Shown: positions 7,105 to 17,154 of the stretch, piece after piece
How positions within the stretch are numbered: position 1 is the first letter of the stretch
Layout of the letters: each line of letters opens with the position of its first letter
NCBI RefSeq assembly: GCF_000341895.1
Contig: NC_020409.1
Span: 3,392,411-3,424,410, forward strand
Length of the DNA: 32,000 nucleotides
From: Pseudodesulfovibrio piezophilus C1TLV30
Lineage (GTDB): Bacteria; Desulfobacterota; Desulfovibrionia; Desulfovibrionales; Desulfovibrionaceae
Direction of reading: 5' to 3'
Position numbers and translations under genes: made by a program
The notes under the pieces: model-generated
Database searches by the model: none
Told to the model about the DNA's origin: nothing
What the model saw: only the letters and a program-made list of their open reading frames with translations

Positions 7105-9159
7105 TTATTCTTCCAGTGCTTCACCGATACGGATTTCATTGGTTAACGGGTCAACCCGTGAGAAGTTGATCTGAAATTGTTGGCCTGGGTAGAGTTTGTC
7201 CCCCAGCAGTTTCTTGGGTGCCCGGACATTTATTTGAATGTGAGGCATGGCCAATGTGGCCATGGAACCATTGTCCTCCACAACGACAGCGGATTGGAAT
7301 TCCTTTCGGCGCTGGGCCAGGTAGACCAGCTTCCAGTATCGAGGGCGGAATCGCTGTACAGCACTGACAGACCTGATACGCATGCCGAGATTGAGCGCCA
7401 ATTTATCCAGTTCCTCAACATCAAGGCGCGGAACACCGCTCATGAGAAAGGAACTGACCTGAGCCATATTGATGAAATCAGTATATCGTCGCAAGGGGGA
7501 AGTTATTGGTGCATAGGCAGGAACTGCCAAGGCTGCATGCCGTTTGGGTGTGGTCTCCAGAGTTGGAGGAAGAAGGAGTTTGACCGCACGGAGAATGGCT
7601 GCCGGTTCAGTGAAAATTCCGGCGGATTCCTGTGGCAGGGCAATATCCTGTGTTCTGTGGAGAAGCGGGATATCATTCTCTTTTGCCCAGAGCGCCAGTC
7701 CCGAGTTGGCAAGGATCATGAACTCACTGATGACCAGCTCGGAGCGGGGGCTTGATTCCTTGAGACTGATTTTCACCTTGGTCTGTGCCCCTTGCCCTTC
7801 AAGAGCCGTCACAGGTTCAGGTTTGCGAATGACACAGGCTCCGGCTTCTATCCGGCGTTCGATGAGCTGCTCTGCCAACTGATGTGCGATGACGAGATTC
7901 TCATCTGTTCCGGTTTCAATGGCATGGTCCGCATCTTCATATGTAATGTTGGTCTTTATACGCGTCCACCCCAATCTGGGTGTGGTCGATTGAAGGATCC
8001 CATTTTCGTCAAAGTGGAATTCGGTGATCAGGGTCGGACGTTTTTCTCCGGCCAGGAGGCTGTATAATCCGGTCCCCAACTGCTCAGGCATCATGTGTGC
8101 CGTGCCTTCAGGCAGGTACAGCGAGGTAGCACGGCTCATGACTGCCTTGTCGAGGGGCGATCCGAATTTCCAATGAGCTTCAGGACGGGCCAAAGCTATT
8201 TGCAGACGGTATCCTGTTCCATCTTTTTCTATATGGAAAGCATCATCGATATCTTTGGTGGTAATGGCGTCGATGCTCACGAAATCAGTAGAGTCAAAAT
8301 CGTGTTCATGATTGGAAAAACCATGCTCTATCTCACTGATTTCATTATTATAGGATTGACTCCATTCATTCCCCCACTGGTATTCTGCTTCGTCCAGGAG
8401 ATAATTGTGGTGAGGAAGCAGGATTCCCCATGATTGGGCAAGCAGCAGCGCGATATGAGGGATATCCGGCAGTCCCTTGCTTATGGCGGTCCATATTTTT
8501 CGATCTGTTTCGTCCAGGAGTTCTGCGACCTTACCCTTGAGAATGGCTTCAAGATGGGGTGCTACCTCATTATCAAGGTCAGGGAGTTTGGGTTGACGTC
8601 CCTGGCTGAAGGCGGTCCAGAGTTCCTGAAGCAGCGTTTGTCCGGCAGCGATCACAGCCTCCCGTTCTTTCTCTTCCGTCTTTTGACGCATCTTCTGCTC
8701 CACTTGCTCCGCGGACCAGATTTCAAAATTGGGGGGTCTGAATTTGAAATGGGTTTTGGCGGTGAGCATGGCTCGACCGAGGGCGGCTACTTCATCCGGC
8801 CCAGGCTCCTCCCAGAGGAGTCCGGCAAACCAGGTCAACGGGGCTGTTTCCAGTTCTCCCTGGGCCAACTCCCACAGCTCCATAACATCAAGACCAGCTT
8901 GGATTTCCCCACGCCTTTCCTGATGAGTATTCAGGATGTCCTGAACTTCCTGACGGTTGATTTCAGCATGGGCGACCGGTCCCTGCCATGGCAAAAGACG
9001 TGACGCCGGGAGTTTGATCTCTCTTTTATTGATGGTCAGGATGCGGAGTTTGCCGGATGCTTCTTCCAGTACCCAGGCCAGTTGTGGTTGGTCGCCGTGC
9101 ATGAATTCCACGACGGTGCCGGGGCGGACAGTCGGGCTAAGAATCGTCTTTTTCGCCAT
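7105..9159 (-). CDS. RNB-domain exoribonuclease (RNase II/R family)
   Basis: RNB catalytic motifs DAITTKDIDDAFH and APITSPLRRYTDFIN. S1-like C-terminus (AVVVEDNGSMATLAMPHIQINV). 684 aa. Confidence 0.85.
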   Translation of the reverse strand: MAKKTILSPTVRPGTVVEFMHGDQPQLAWVLEEASGKLRILTINKREIKLPASRLLPWQGPVAHAEINRQEVQDILNTHQERRGEIQAGLDVMELWELAQGELETAPLTWFAGLLWEEPGPDEVAALGRAMLTAKTHFKFRPPNFEIWSAEQVEQKMRQKTEEKEREAVIAAGQTLLQELWTAFSQGRQPKLPDLDNEVAPHLEAILKGKVAELLDETDRKIWTAISKGLPDIPHIALLLAQSWGILLPHHNYLLDEAEYQWGNEWSQSYNNEISEIEHGFSNHEHDFDSTDFVSIDAITTKDIDDAFHIEKDGTGYRLQIALARPEAHWKFGSPLDKAVMSRATSLYLPEGTAHMMPEQLGTGLYSLLAGEKRPTLITEFHFDENGILQSTTPRLGWTRIKTNITYEDADHAIETGTDENLVIAHQLAEQLIERRIEAGACVIRKPEPVTALEGQGAQTKVKISLKESSPRSELVISEFMILANSGLALWAKENDIPLLHRTQDIALPQESAGIFTEPAAILRAVKLLLPPTLETTPKRHAALAVPAYAPITSPLRRYTDFINMAQVSSFLMSGVPRLDVEELDKLALNLGMRIRSVSAVQRFRPRYWKLVYLAQRRKEFQSAVVVEDNGSMATLAMPHIQINVRAPKKLLGDKLYPGQQFQINFSRVDPLTNEIRIGEALEE

Positions 9160-9259
9160 GTCGCTACTTTATCTTTGAGTGATGTTTGCTGACTTCTACC
9201 ATGAAAGGGTTGTCAGTGTCAGTGGGCCGGGGTACACAATTGGCATGACTCGGGAAACC

Positions 9260-9514
9260 ATGGAACTTATCGGTATCGTCGCAGGTTTTTGTACCACTGC
9301 GTCCTTTTTGCCACAGGTCATAAGGACTTGGAAGTCTCGATCTGTGGATGATATTTCCCTCAAGATGTACATGCTGTTTTGCGTGGGTGTTCTGCTGTGG
9401 CTTCTTTACGGGTTTCTGATCGGGTCACTGTCGGTCATTCTTGCCAACTCGGTTACCCTGTTTTTAGCTGGGGCGGTTTTGGTTATGAAAGTCCGTTTTG
9501 ATCGGGAGAGATAG
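9260..9514 (+). CDS. SemiSWEET / PQ-loop small transporter
   Basis: About 84 aa with three TM helices and the PQ motif (AGFCTTASFLPQVIRTWKSRSVDDISL). Start is ATG 9260; alternative is ATG 9245. Confidence 0.7.
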   Translation: MELIGIVAGFCTTASFLPQVIRTWKSRSVDDISLKMYMLFCVGVLLWLLYGFLIGSLSVILANSVTLFLAGAVLVMKVRFDRER

Positions 9515-9546
9515 AGCGCTTCCAATCCTTTTTTTCGAGATGACAG

Positions 9547-9577
9547 GGCTTCACCGAATCGTGCGTTCAGTGAAGCC
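9547..9577. terminator. Hairpin between the convergent SemiSWEET and AICARFT genes (GGCTTCAC / GTGAAGCC, 15-nt loop)
   Basis: 8-bp stem followed on the plus strand by TGATGTTT. Weak U-tract. Confidence 0.35.
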
Positions 9578-9599
9578 TGATGTTTCGTATGCGGCTTGG

Positions 9600-10874
9600 C
9601 TAGTGCTTGAAGGAGCGTTGTCCGGTGAAGACCATGGCAACCTGCGGACTGGCTTCGTTCACGGCAGCAATGACCTCAGAATCACGGATGGAGCCGCCGG
9701 GCTGGGCTATGGCGGTAACCCCTTGGTCAATACATAAGTCGACACCATCACGGAATGGGAAGAATCCATCAGAGACGACCACGGAGCCAGGCAAGCCGCC
9801 ACGAGCTTCCTCGGTGCGTTTTTCTATGTCCGTGAGTTGAGCCTTCATTTCCGGGTCCTTGATAGCTGCCAGTTTCAGTTCGAACAGGGACATGCCTAAT
9901 TCTTTGGATGACAGCAGATCGGCGTATTTGATGTATGCCTTGGTGGTGGCCAGCAAAACGCAGCCGACGCGGTCCTGCTCTCCGGTCCCAATGGCTGTGG
10001 TGACGCCGTCACGCACGAACAGGACGGAGTTGGAAGTCACGCCCGCTTCCACGGCCCACGCAAAGAGCAGGTCTTCTGCTTCCTGCTTGGAAGGAGTTCT
10101 CGCCAGGAAGACATTGCCATCCTTTTCGGCCTGGGCCGGGATGAAATCGTCTGTCTTGAGCAGAGCGTTGCGAAAGGAAAACTGGAGAACCATGCCACCA
10201 TCAGAAAGGGATTTGATATCAAGAAATGGCTGCTGCACAAGCTTTTCCAACTCGGATATCCCAGGGATTTGCAGGATGCGCAAATTCTTTTTCTTTTTGA
10301 GTTCTGCCAGGGCATCCGTGTCAAAGTCGGGTGCTGCCACGACTTCAAAATAAACAGAATTGATCAGTTCGGCAGTAGCCAGGTCGAGTGTGCGGTTGAC
10401 GACGACAGCGCCACCGAATGCGGCAATGCGGTCTGCCTCGAATGCGCGCTTGAGTGCTACGGAAACACCTTCATCCGTCCAGGCCGCACCGCAGGGGTTG
10501 TTGTGTTTCAGAATGAGTGCGGCAGGTTTTTGGGAAAGGTATTGAAGAATGTTCAGGGCGTTATCAACATCGGTGAGGTTCGTCTTACCGGGATGTTTGC
10601 CTGCCTGGAGCATATGCTCTTCGGTCAGGGCTGACACGAGTCCCTGTCCGGCCCCGATGAATTTGACCCCACCGATTTCCAGATGCCCCTCGACCGGTTC
10701 ATACAAGGCCGCGGGCTGGTCCGGGTTCTCCCCGTATCGGAGCCCTTTGGTCTCACCGTCTATCTCCCAGGTCCGCTTCTTGAAAGTCAGTTCCTGATCA
10801 CCCAGTGTCAATTTCAGATCAGCCGGAAACGGATCCTGCTGAAGCGTATGGTACATTTTTTTCAGATCGCTCAT
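9600..10874 (-). CDS. purH: Stand-alone AICAR transformylase (C-terminal domain of bifunctional PurH)
   Basis: LRYGENPDQPAALY, ALILKHNNPCGAAW, GGAVVVN, TGEQDRV and AIAQPGGSIRD are the PurH AICARFT-domain blocks. There is no MGS/IMPCH domain at the N-terminus. Confidence 0.9.
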   Translation of the reverse strand: MSDLKKMYHTLQQDPFPADLKLTLGDQELTFKKRTWEIDGETKGLRYGENPDQPAALYEPVEGHLEIGGVKFIGAGQGLVSALTEEHMLQAGKHPGKTNLTDVDNALNILQYLSQKPAALILKHNNPCGAAWTDEGVSVALKRAFEADRIAAFGGAVVVNRTLDLATAELINSVYFEVVAAPDFDTDALAELKKKKNLRILQIPGISELEKLVQQPFLDIKSLSDGGMVLQFSFRNALLKTDDFIPAQAEKDGNVFLARTPSKQEAEDLLFAWAVEAGVTSNSVLFVRDGVTTAIGTGEQDRVGCVLLATTKAYIKYADLLSSKELGMSLFELKLAAIKDPEMKAQLTDIEKRTEEARGGLPGSVVVSDGFFPFRDGVDLCIDQGVTAIAQPGGSIRDSEVIAAVNEASPQVAMVFTGQRSFKH

Positions 10875-11098
10875 GATGGTAACTCCCTGTTGTTCCCTTG
10901 AAGGTGGCGGTTAATAGCACAGCTTGCTTCGGCGGGCAATTATTGCATGTAAGCTCTCCCCATCCAATGTGCTGTCACACCGACTCTTATGAATATTATC
11001 ATTCATCTGACCAGCGCAGTGTGCCAATATGATTTTGAATTGATTTCAGTCTTGGTGTTCATCGAAAGTTTGGTCAGTCATCGCAACGGAGCATTGTC

Positions 11099-12778
11099 AT
11101 GAAGCGTTTTCAGGATTGGGGTATGCGCAGTAAGATTGTCAGCTTGTTTCTTGCTTCCTTCTTTTTGTTTCTGCTTGGTATCGTCGGACATTTCATCCCG
11201 TTGCTTGGTGATTCCTTGATGGATGAAAAACGCACAGCGACACAAAGTGTTGTCGAAGTTGCCTATGGTCTCATCGACTACTGGGCTGGGCAGGCCTCTT
11301 CCGGGGCGGTCTCAGAAGAGCAGGCCAAGGCCGAAGCAATGACCCAGCTTCGCGATGTCCGGTACAAAGGGCAGGAGTATTTTTGGATCAATGACATGAA
11401 ACAGGTCATGATCATGCATGGGGTCAAACAAGCCTTGGATGGAAAGGATTTAACGAATCTGAAGGATCAGGACGGAGTCTTTCTTTTTCAGGAGATGACA
11501 AAAGTAGCCCGCTCTGCCGGAGAGGGGTTTGTGAGCTATCGTTGGCCCAAACCCGGATCAGAGAAAGCTGTGCCGAAAGTGTCCTTTGTCAAATTGTTCA
11601 AGCCATGGGGGTGGGTCATCGGCAGTGGTATCTATGTTGATGATGTCGATGCTCAGGTGTCACGGTTGAGTTGGACGATACTTGGTCCGACGCTTGCGGG
11701 CATGCTCTTGTGTGTTCTCGTGGTCTTATACGTGACACGAAGTATGGTCCGTTCTTTGGTGGATGCGGTGAAGGTCACGAATTCAATGGCCAAGGGAGAT
11801 CTTACTCGTAATTTTGCGTCGGGCACGAAAGATGAAGTGGGGCAATTGGCTTCGGGGATGCAAAACATGCTGAAGGAATTGCGACGGGTCGTGGGTGACG
11901 TTACGCTCGCCGCGCGGCAGGTGACCGAGGGGAGTGGGGAATTGGCTTCCTCTGCCATTGAGTTGTCCCGAGGGGCCACAGAGCAGGCTACGAGTGTTGA
12001 AATGGTTTCATCTTCCATGGATCAGATGACTGCCAGCATCGAACAGAATGCCGAGAATGCCCAAGCCACCAACCGTATGACCAACAAGGCCGCAGACGAC
12101 ACGGAAAGTGGCGGTATCGCTGTAGCCAAGACGGTTGAAGCCATGAAGCAGATTGCTGATAAGATATTGATTATCGAGGAAATTGCACGACAGACTAATT
12201 TACTTGCCTTGAATGCGGCTATCGAAGCGGCGCGGGCTGGGGAGCATGGTAAGGGCTTTGCCGTAGTGGCAGCAGAAGTCCGCAAGCTTGCAGAGCGGTC
12301 CGGCAAGGCTGCTTCGGAAATTAGTGAATTGTCCAGTTCCAGTGTGCGGGTAGCGGAAGAAGCCGGATCACTGCTCAAGCAGATTGTCCCTGATATTCAA
12401 AAAACAGCGGAGCTTGTCCAGGAAATCGCCGTAGCCAGCGATGAACAGAGCAAGGGGGGCGAACAGGTCAACAAGGCAATTCGGGCTCTTGATTCAGTCA
12501 TCCAGCACAATGCCTCCGCTTCCGAGCAAGTGGCGTCAACGGCGGAAGAATTATCCGGCGAGGCAGTACAATTGCAAAAATCCATCGCTTTTTTTAAAAT
12601 AGAGCAAAGGGAAGCCTCGTTTCAAACCAGACCAGTGACAGTGACGAAAACTCCGTCAACGAGTTCTGTGGACAGTGAAGGTTTCAAGACTTCTCTGGCG
12701 CCGACTGCTTCTGGTACGACAAATTCTGGAGTGGCTCTGGATTTGGGAGATGATGACGCTGATTTTGAACGGTTCTGA
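11099..12778 (+). CDS. Methyl-accepting chemotaxis protein with periplasmic single-Cache sensor, HAMP and MCP signalling domains
   Basis: Two TM segments flank a Cache-like block ([15 protein letters not shown]...SYRWPKPG...[10 protein letters not shown]). HAMP follows. The invariant MCP hairpin is [45 protein letters not shown] lies 8 nt before the ATG. Confidence 0.9.
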   Translation: MKRFQDWGMRSKIVSLFLASFFLFLLGIVGHFIPLLGDSLMDEKRTATQSVVEVAYGLIDYWAGQASSGAVSEEQAKAEAMTQLRDVRYKGQEYFWINDMKQVMIMHGVKQALDGKDLTNLKDQDGVFLFQEMTKVARSAGEGFVSYRWPKPGSEKAVPKVSFVKLFKPWGWVIGSGIYVDDVDAQVSRLSWTILGPTLAGMLLCVLVVLYVTRSMVRSLVDAVKVTNSMAKGDLTRNFASGTKDEVGQLASGMQNMLKELRRVVGDVTLAARQVTEGSGELASSAIELSRGATEQATSVEMVSSSMDQMTASIEQNAENAQATNRMTNKAADDTESGGIAVAKTVEAMKQIADKILIIEEIARQTNLLALNAAIEAARAGEHGKGFAVVAAEVRKLAERSGKAASEISELSSSSVRVAEEAGSLLKQIVPDIQKTAELVQEIAVASDEQSKGGEQVNKAIRALDSVIQHNASASEQVASTAEELSGEAVQLQKSIAFFKIEQREASFQTRPVTVTKTPSTSSVDSEGFKTSLAPTASGTTNSGVALDLGDDDADFERF

Positions 12779-12804
12779 GTTTCATGCGTTTTTGTAAGTC
12801 TTGG

Positions 12805-12826
12805 CGCCTGGGGAGAAGGCGTTTTT
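12805..12826 (+). terminator. Weak rho-independent terminator after the first MCP gene
   Basis: CGCCT-GGGGAGA-AGGCG followed by TTTTT, 27 nt after the stop. The stem is only 5 bp. Confidence 0.4.
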
Positions 12827-13006
12827 CGGATACATGAAAATGATGAGCCAATGTGTCAGAAAAGAGTTGTTTGCGCTTCAAGAGGACTCTTTTATTGTGT
12901 TTTATCCTTGATGGGCGTATTTATGATTCATCCTCATTCCTCATTGCATACGGTTGTTTCCGCGTGAGTTTTTCAGGAGAAGAGGGCTAACTTTTCGGAG
13001 GAATGC

Positions 13007-15229
13007 GTGAAAATAAAATATCGTCTGGTCGGTTCTGTCTTTCTTATTTTCCTTATTATCGTGGGTATGTTCACCGCGACATGGATTGTAACCTCAAGCC
13101 AGCGAAACGACAGTTTGGTTATTAACCTGGCCGGTCGGCAACGAATGCTCAGTCAGAAATTGGCCAAGGAGACTCTGGCTTTCGGAAGCAACCCTTCCGA
13201 GGCTTTGAAGGAACAGACTCATTCGACCATTGAAGTTTTTGAAGCGACTCTCTCTGCCCTCAAGGAATCGGGGAGTGCTCCATTGACCCTTGATCCTGCC
13301 GGGACCAAAGCCGTCTTACCCAAGGCAAGTGTTGCCGTTCATGGTCAGCTCGTCAAAGTGAAAAGCCTCTGGGATCAATATAAGAAGCATGTTGAGAACG
13401 GGTTGGATTCGGGAAGCCCGGAGGTCCTCACGCTGACTTCGCAGAGTGTCGAGGTTCTCAAGGCCATGAATACCGCTGTTGTCATGATGCAGGCCGAGTC
13501 CGAAGGCCGAGTCGTCACTTTGTTGGTTACCCAGGGTGTGTGTGTCGGCATTGGAGTCCTTTTGGTGCTGCTGGTACTCTTTTTTCTCAATACCAAAGTC
13601 ACGACACCGCTCTCAAATCTCCAGGCTTTTTCCGGGGCCATAGCCAGAAATGACCTTGATGCACAGATTGAAGGGACATATACGGAAGAGCTGCTGGCGC
13701 TCAAGGAATCCATACAGACCATGGTCGGCAACCTTAAGGCCAAGATGCAGGAAGTGGCAGAGAAAGGCGATCAGGCTGAAAAGAACGCAGCCCAGGCGCA
13801 ACGGGCTGTTTCGGAGTCCGAGACCAAGCAGAAACAGATTCAGGAGCTTCTTGAATCCATGTCAACTGCCGCTGCCAAGGCGAGTGAAATTTCCAGGAAT
13901 GTTGCAGCCTCAGTCAGTGAACTGGCCTCTCAGGTGGATGACGTGAGTCAAGGCACAGATGTTCAGCGGGATCGTATGGCCGAAACAGCCACGGCGATGG
14001 AAGAAATGAACGCCACGGTGCTTGAGGTGGCTCATAATGCTTCCAATGCGGCGAATTCGGCAGCCCAGGCTCGACAGAATGCGCAGACCGGCGCAGATGG
14101 CGTGCGAGCAGCGGTTACCTCCATTGATGCCATCCGTGTGCAGATATTGGATTTGAATGATTCCATGAGTCAGTTGGGAGAGCAGGCGGAAAGCATCGGG
14201 AACATTATGGATGTGGTTTCGGATATCGCGGATCAAACCAACCTTCTGGCATTGAATGCAGCAATCGAAGCGGCGCGGGCAGGAGATGCAGGCCGAGGCT
14301 TTGCCGTTGTTGCAGACGAAGTGCGTAAGTTGGCGGAAAAAACCATGCAGGCGACCAAGGAAGTCGGAAACGCCGTTCATACCATTCAGGAACAGGCAAG
14401 AAGCAATATAACTGCTGTGGAATCCTCGGTAAAAGATATTGTCAAATCCACGGAAGCGGCTACCGAATCTGGCCGATTCATGAATGAGATTGTCAGTATT
14501 GTGGGCGAGACTGCCGGGATGGTCGAATCCATCGCCGCTGCTTCCGAGGAGCAGTCCGCCGCCAGTGAGGAAATCAATCAGGCAGTGGCCGATGTGACTC
14601 ATGTTGCCACGCAAACGGCCGAGGGAATGACGCAAGCTTCACGGAGCCTGGATGCCATGGCCGCTATGGCATCGGACCTTGATCTGGTTATTCGGGATAT
14701 GTCCGGCGAATCCAATGCCATGCTCAACGCCAATATCAAGACTCTTGAACAGATAGAGTCCGAGCTGAAGGCGGACGGCCTCCAAATGTCGAATCGCCGG
14801 GGGCTTCATGCAACCGATCCCAAGGGAATGATGCAGTGGACTGATGATCTTTCGACGAATATCAGGGAAATCGATGAGCAGCATATCCGGCTGATTGACC
14901 TGATCAATGCTTTGCATAAAGCCATGAGCGAAGGCAAGGGGAAAGGTGTCCTCTCATCTATTCTTGACGACCTCAAGGATTACACCGTTTTTCATTTTTC
15001 CAATGAGGAATCCATGTTCGAGGAGCATGGGTATCCGCAAACGGAAAATCATATGAAAGCGCACAAGATGTTTGTGGACAAGGTTATTTCCTTCGAGCAA
15101 AAAATTCTGTCAGGCAAGGCCTCTGTGACTCTTGAAGTCCTTGATTTTCTCAAAGATTGGCTCGTGAAACATATCAAGGGTGTGGATCAGCAGTATAGCG
15201 CGTTCTTTAACAGGAAGGGCATCTATTAG
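13007..15229 (+). CDS. Methyl-accepting chemotaxis protein with PilJ/NarX-type N-terminal sensor, HAMP, MCP signalling domain and C-terminal hemerythrin domain (DcrH-like)
   Basis: GTG start with GGAGG 6 nt upstream. The periplasmic block is [17 protein letters not shown]. The MCP hairpin is [41 protein letters not shown]. The last ~135 aa (from nt ~14828) carry the hemerythrin ligand pattern IDEQH...HFSNEE...HMKAHKMF...[10 protein letters not shown]. Confidence 0.9.
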   Translation: MKIKYRLVGSVFLIFLIIVGMFTATWIVTSSQRNDSLVINLAGRQRMLSQKLAKETLAFGSNPSEALKEQTHSTIEVFEATLSALKESGSAPLTLDPAGTKAVLPKASVAVHGQLVKVKSLWDQYKKHVENGLDSGSPEVLTLTSQSVEVLKAMNTAVVMMQAESEGRVVTLLVTQGVCVGIGVLLVLLVLFFLNTKVTTPLSNLQAFSGAIARNDLDAQIEGTYTEELLALKESIQTMVGNLKAKMQEVAEKGDQAEKNAAQAQRAVSESETKQKQIQELLESMSTAAAKASEISRNVAASVSELASQVDDVSQGTDVQRDRMAETATAMEEMNATVLEVAHNASNAANSAAQARQNAQTGADGVRAAVTSIDAIRVQILDLNDSMSQLGEQAESIGNIMDVVSDIADQTNLLALNAAIEAARAGDAGRGFAVVADEVRKLAEKTMQATKEVGNAVHTIQEQARSNITAVESSVKDIVKSTEAATESGRFMNEIVSIVGETAGMVESIAAASEEQSAASEEINQAVADVTHVATQTAEGMTQASRSLDAMAAMASDLDLVIRDMSGESNAMLNANIKTLEQIESELKADGLQMSNRRGLHATDPKGMMQWTDDLSTNIREIDEQHIRLIDLINALHKAMSEGKGKGVLSSILDDLKDYTVFHFSNEESMFEEHGYPQTENHMKAHKMFVDKVISFEQKILSGKASVTLEVLDFLKDWLVKHIKGVDQQYSAFFNRKGIY

Positions 15230-15245
15230 GAATGCAAGCAACACC

Positions 15246-15282
15246 AAAGCGCCTCCGGTCTTCTGGATCGGAGGCGTTTTTG
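15246..15282 (+). terminator. Rho-independent terminator of the MCP-hemerythrin gene
   Basis: CGCCTCCG-(11 nt)-CGGAGGCG followed by TTTTT, with an A-tract on the 5' side. Confidence 0.8.
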
Positions 15283-15357
15283 CGTTGGCGGGTCGTTCAT
15301 AATTTTGCTATGGATTGAGTCCCGGTGTTTGCGCCGAGGTTAATGCAAGGAAAGAAC

Positions 15358-15762
15358 ATGTCAGAGAGTTATTTGGAAAAGGCACTATTGAAACTGGCTC
15401 GTCAGATCAATGCGTATGACGAAGCTTCACTCATGAGCTTGTGGGATAAGTACGCAGAAAAAGTAGCGAATTTTGAACCTACCAAGCGTTGGGAAGAGTC
15501 TGTTCTCATATTCAATCTCATTCAGTCCACACGCATGAAGAATCAGCTTTTCAACTATAATTGGGCACAGTCGCGTATGCCCAATGATCCACCCATGGGA
15601 CTGGACCTTGCTGCACTGACAGCGCCGGAGCCGACGCTGGGGTCTGCTGATGACAGGGAAGATTGTGAGGAATCCTCCAATGGATGCCAGAGTGATGCCC
15701 CGGTCTCGAAACAGGACCGCAGGGGAAAGTTGCTGACTCTCACCCCGAAAAACAGGAAATAA
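15358..15762 (+). CDS. Hypothetical protein, 134 aa (structured N-terminal ~85 aa and acidic, low-complexity tail)
   Basis: ATG 15358 is preceded by AAGGAAAG. Codon usage and amino-acid composition look coding. I recognise no family motif. Confidence 0.55.
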   Translation: MSESYLEKALLKLARQINAYDEASLMSLWDKYAEKVANFEPTKRWEESVLIFNLIQSTRMKNQLFNYNWAQSRMPNDPPMGLDLAALTAPEPTLGSADDREDCEESSNGCQSDAPVSKQDRRGKLLTLTPKNRK

Positions 15763-15874
15763 TTCAATCCTCACCGGAGTTGACAGACGATCGGAATTGT
15801 ATTTACGGATGATAACCGTTTGTGCGTGTCAATTTCGCCGGGGTGATTTGCCCGGCTATTCAAGGAGCAATAAC

Positions 15875-17140
15875 ATGGCCAATATTGTGGTTTTCGGCTC
15901 TCAGTGGGGAGACGAAGGCAAAGGCAAAATCGTCGACATGCTGGCGGAGGATGCCAAAGCTATCGTCCGTTTTCAGGGCGGCAACAACGCCGGTCACACC
16001 CTGGTGGTGGACGGCGAAGAGTGCATTCTGCACCTGATCCCTTCCGGTGTCCTGCATCCCGGCAAGCAGTGTCTTATCGGCAACGGCGTGGTCCTGGACC
16101 CGTTCGTTTTCTGCCAGGAGCTGGACAAGCTCGGAGCCAAGGGACTCGATGTGAGCGAAAACCGCATGATGATCAGCAAGAAAACGCATGTCATCATGCC
16201 ATATCACTGCCGGATGGATGCGGCTCGTGAAGCCGCGAAGTCCGAGGATGGCAAGATCGGTACAACCGGTCGCGGTATCGGTCCTTGTTACGAGGACAAG
16301 ATGAATCGCTGTGGTATCCGTGCCGGTGATTTCGCAGACCTTGATTTGTTGAAAAAGAAGATCGCCGCTGCTCTGGAAGAAAAGAATGTCCTTTTTCAGC
16401 ATCTCTATGGAGCTGAGCCCATGGATGTGCAGGCTGTCTATGATGAAGTGCTGCCAGTTGCGAAAAGACTTGTCCCGTACCTCGGTGATGTCTCTTCCGC
16501 TATCCAGGATGCTGACGGAGCTGTCTTGTTTGAAGGGGCTCAGGGAACGCATCTGGATATCGACCACGGAACGTATCCTTTCGTGACATCATCCAATACT
16601 GTCACTGCCAATGCCGCATCGGGTTCCGGCTGTTCGCCGCGTGATCTGGAGCGGATCATCGCGATTGTCAAGGCGTACACCACTCGTGTGGGAAGTGGCC
16701 CTTTCGCAACTGAGTTAATGGACGAAGACGGTTCGTATCTCCAGAGCAAAGGGCATGAATTCGGAGCGACAACAGGGCGTAAACGTCGCTGCGGATGGCT
16801 TGATCTAGTCGTGCTCAAGGAGTCGGCCCGTCTGAATGGTCCGACGGAATTGGCTATTACCAAACTGGATGTCCTGTCCGGCTTGAAGGAACTCAAACTC
16901 TGTGTGGCGTACGAATACAGGGGCGAACAGATCGCCTACCCGCCGCAGGAGCAGAATGGTATGGCGCATGTCACACCTGTCTATGAGACCATGCCCGGTT
17001 GGGATGAAGATATTACCGAAGCTCGCTCCTGGGATGATCTGCCGGAGAATGCTGTCAAATACCTGCGCCGTATTGAAGAGATTTCCGGCGTGAAAGTTGG
17101 CATCGTCTCTGTCGGACCGGATCGGGTGCAGACCTTCTAG
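15875..17140 (+). CDS. purA: Adenylosuccinate synthase
   Basis: [44 protein letters not shown] and [14 protein letters not shown] are canonical PurA motifs. AAGGAG lies 8 nt upstream of ATG 15875. Confidence 0.95.
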   Translation: MANIVVFGSQWGDEGKGKIVDMLAEDAKAIVRFQGGNNAGHTLVVDGEECILHLIPSGVLHPGKQCLIGNGVVLDPFVFCQELDKLGAKGLDVSENRMMISKKTHVIMPYHCRMDAAREAAKSEDGKIGTTGRGIGPCYEDKMNRCGIRAGDFADLDLLKKKIAAALEEKNVLFQHLYGAEPMDVQAVYDEVLPVAKRLVPYLGDVSSAIQDADGAVLFEGAQGTHLDIDHGTYPFVTSSNTVTANAASGSGCSPRDLERIIAIVKAYTTRVGSGPFATELMDEDGSYLQSKGHEFGATTGRKRRCGWLDLVVLKESARLNGPTELAITKLDVLSGLKELKLCVAYEYRGEQIAYPPQEQNGMAHVTPVYETMPGWDEDITEARSWDDLPENAVKYLRRIEEISGVKVGIVSVGPDRVQTF

Positions 17141-17154
17141 ATGAGGAGAATGCG

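Noticed and set aside
10875-11098. Possible ZTP (pfl) riboswitch in front of the AICAR transformylase gene
   Set aside because: This would be biologically sensible for a purH-type gene. However, reading the minus-strand leader I found neither the GGGUCGUGAC...UGGCG 5' subdomain nor the CCGCCUGGGCA 3' pseudoknot motif.
13910-14635. 241-aa antisense ORF inside the MCP-hemerythrin gene; similar ones at 11653..12378 inside the first MCP
   Set aside because: Ala/Glu-rich MCP coiled-coil coding sequence is known to leave the opposite strand open. The translations are low-complexity and have no start context.
15860-16567. 235-aa antisense ORF inside purA
   Set aside because: purA is certain on the plus strand, and the antisense product has no recognisable features.
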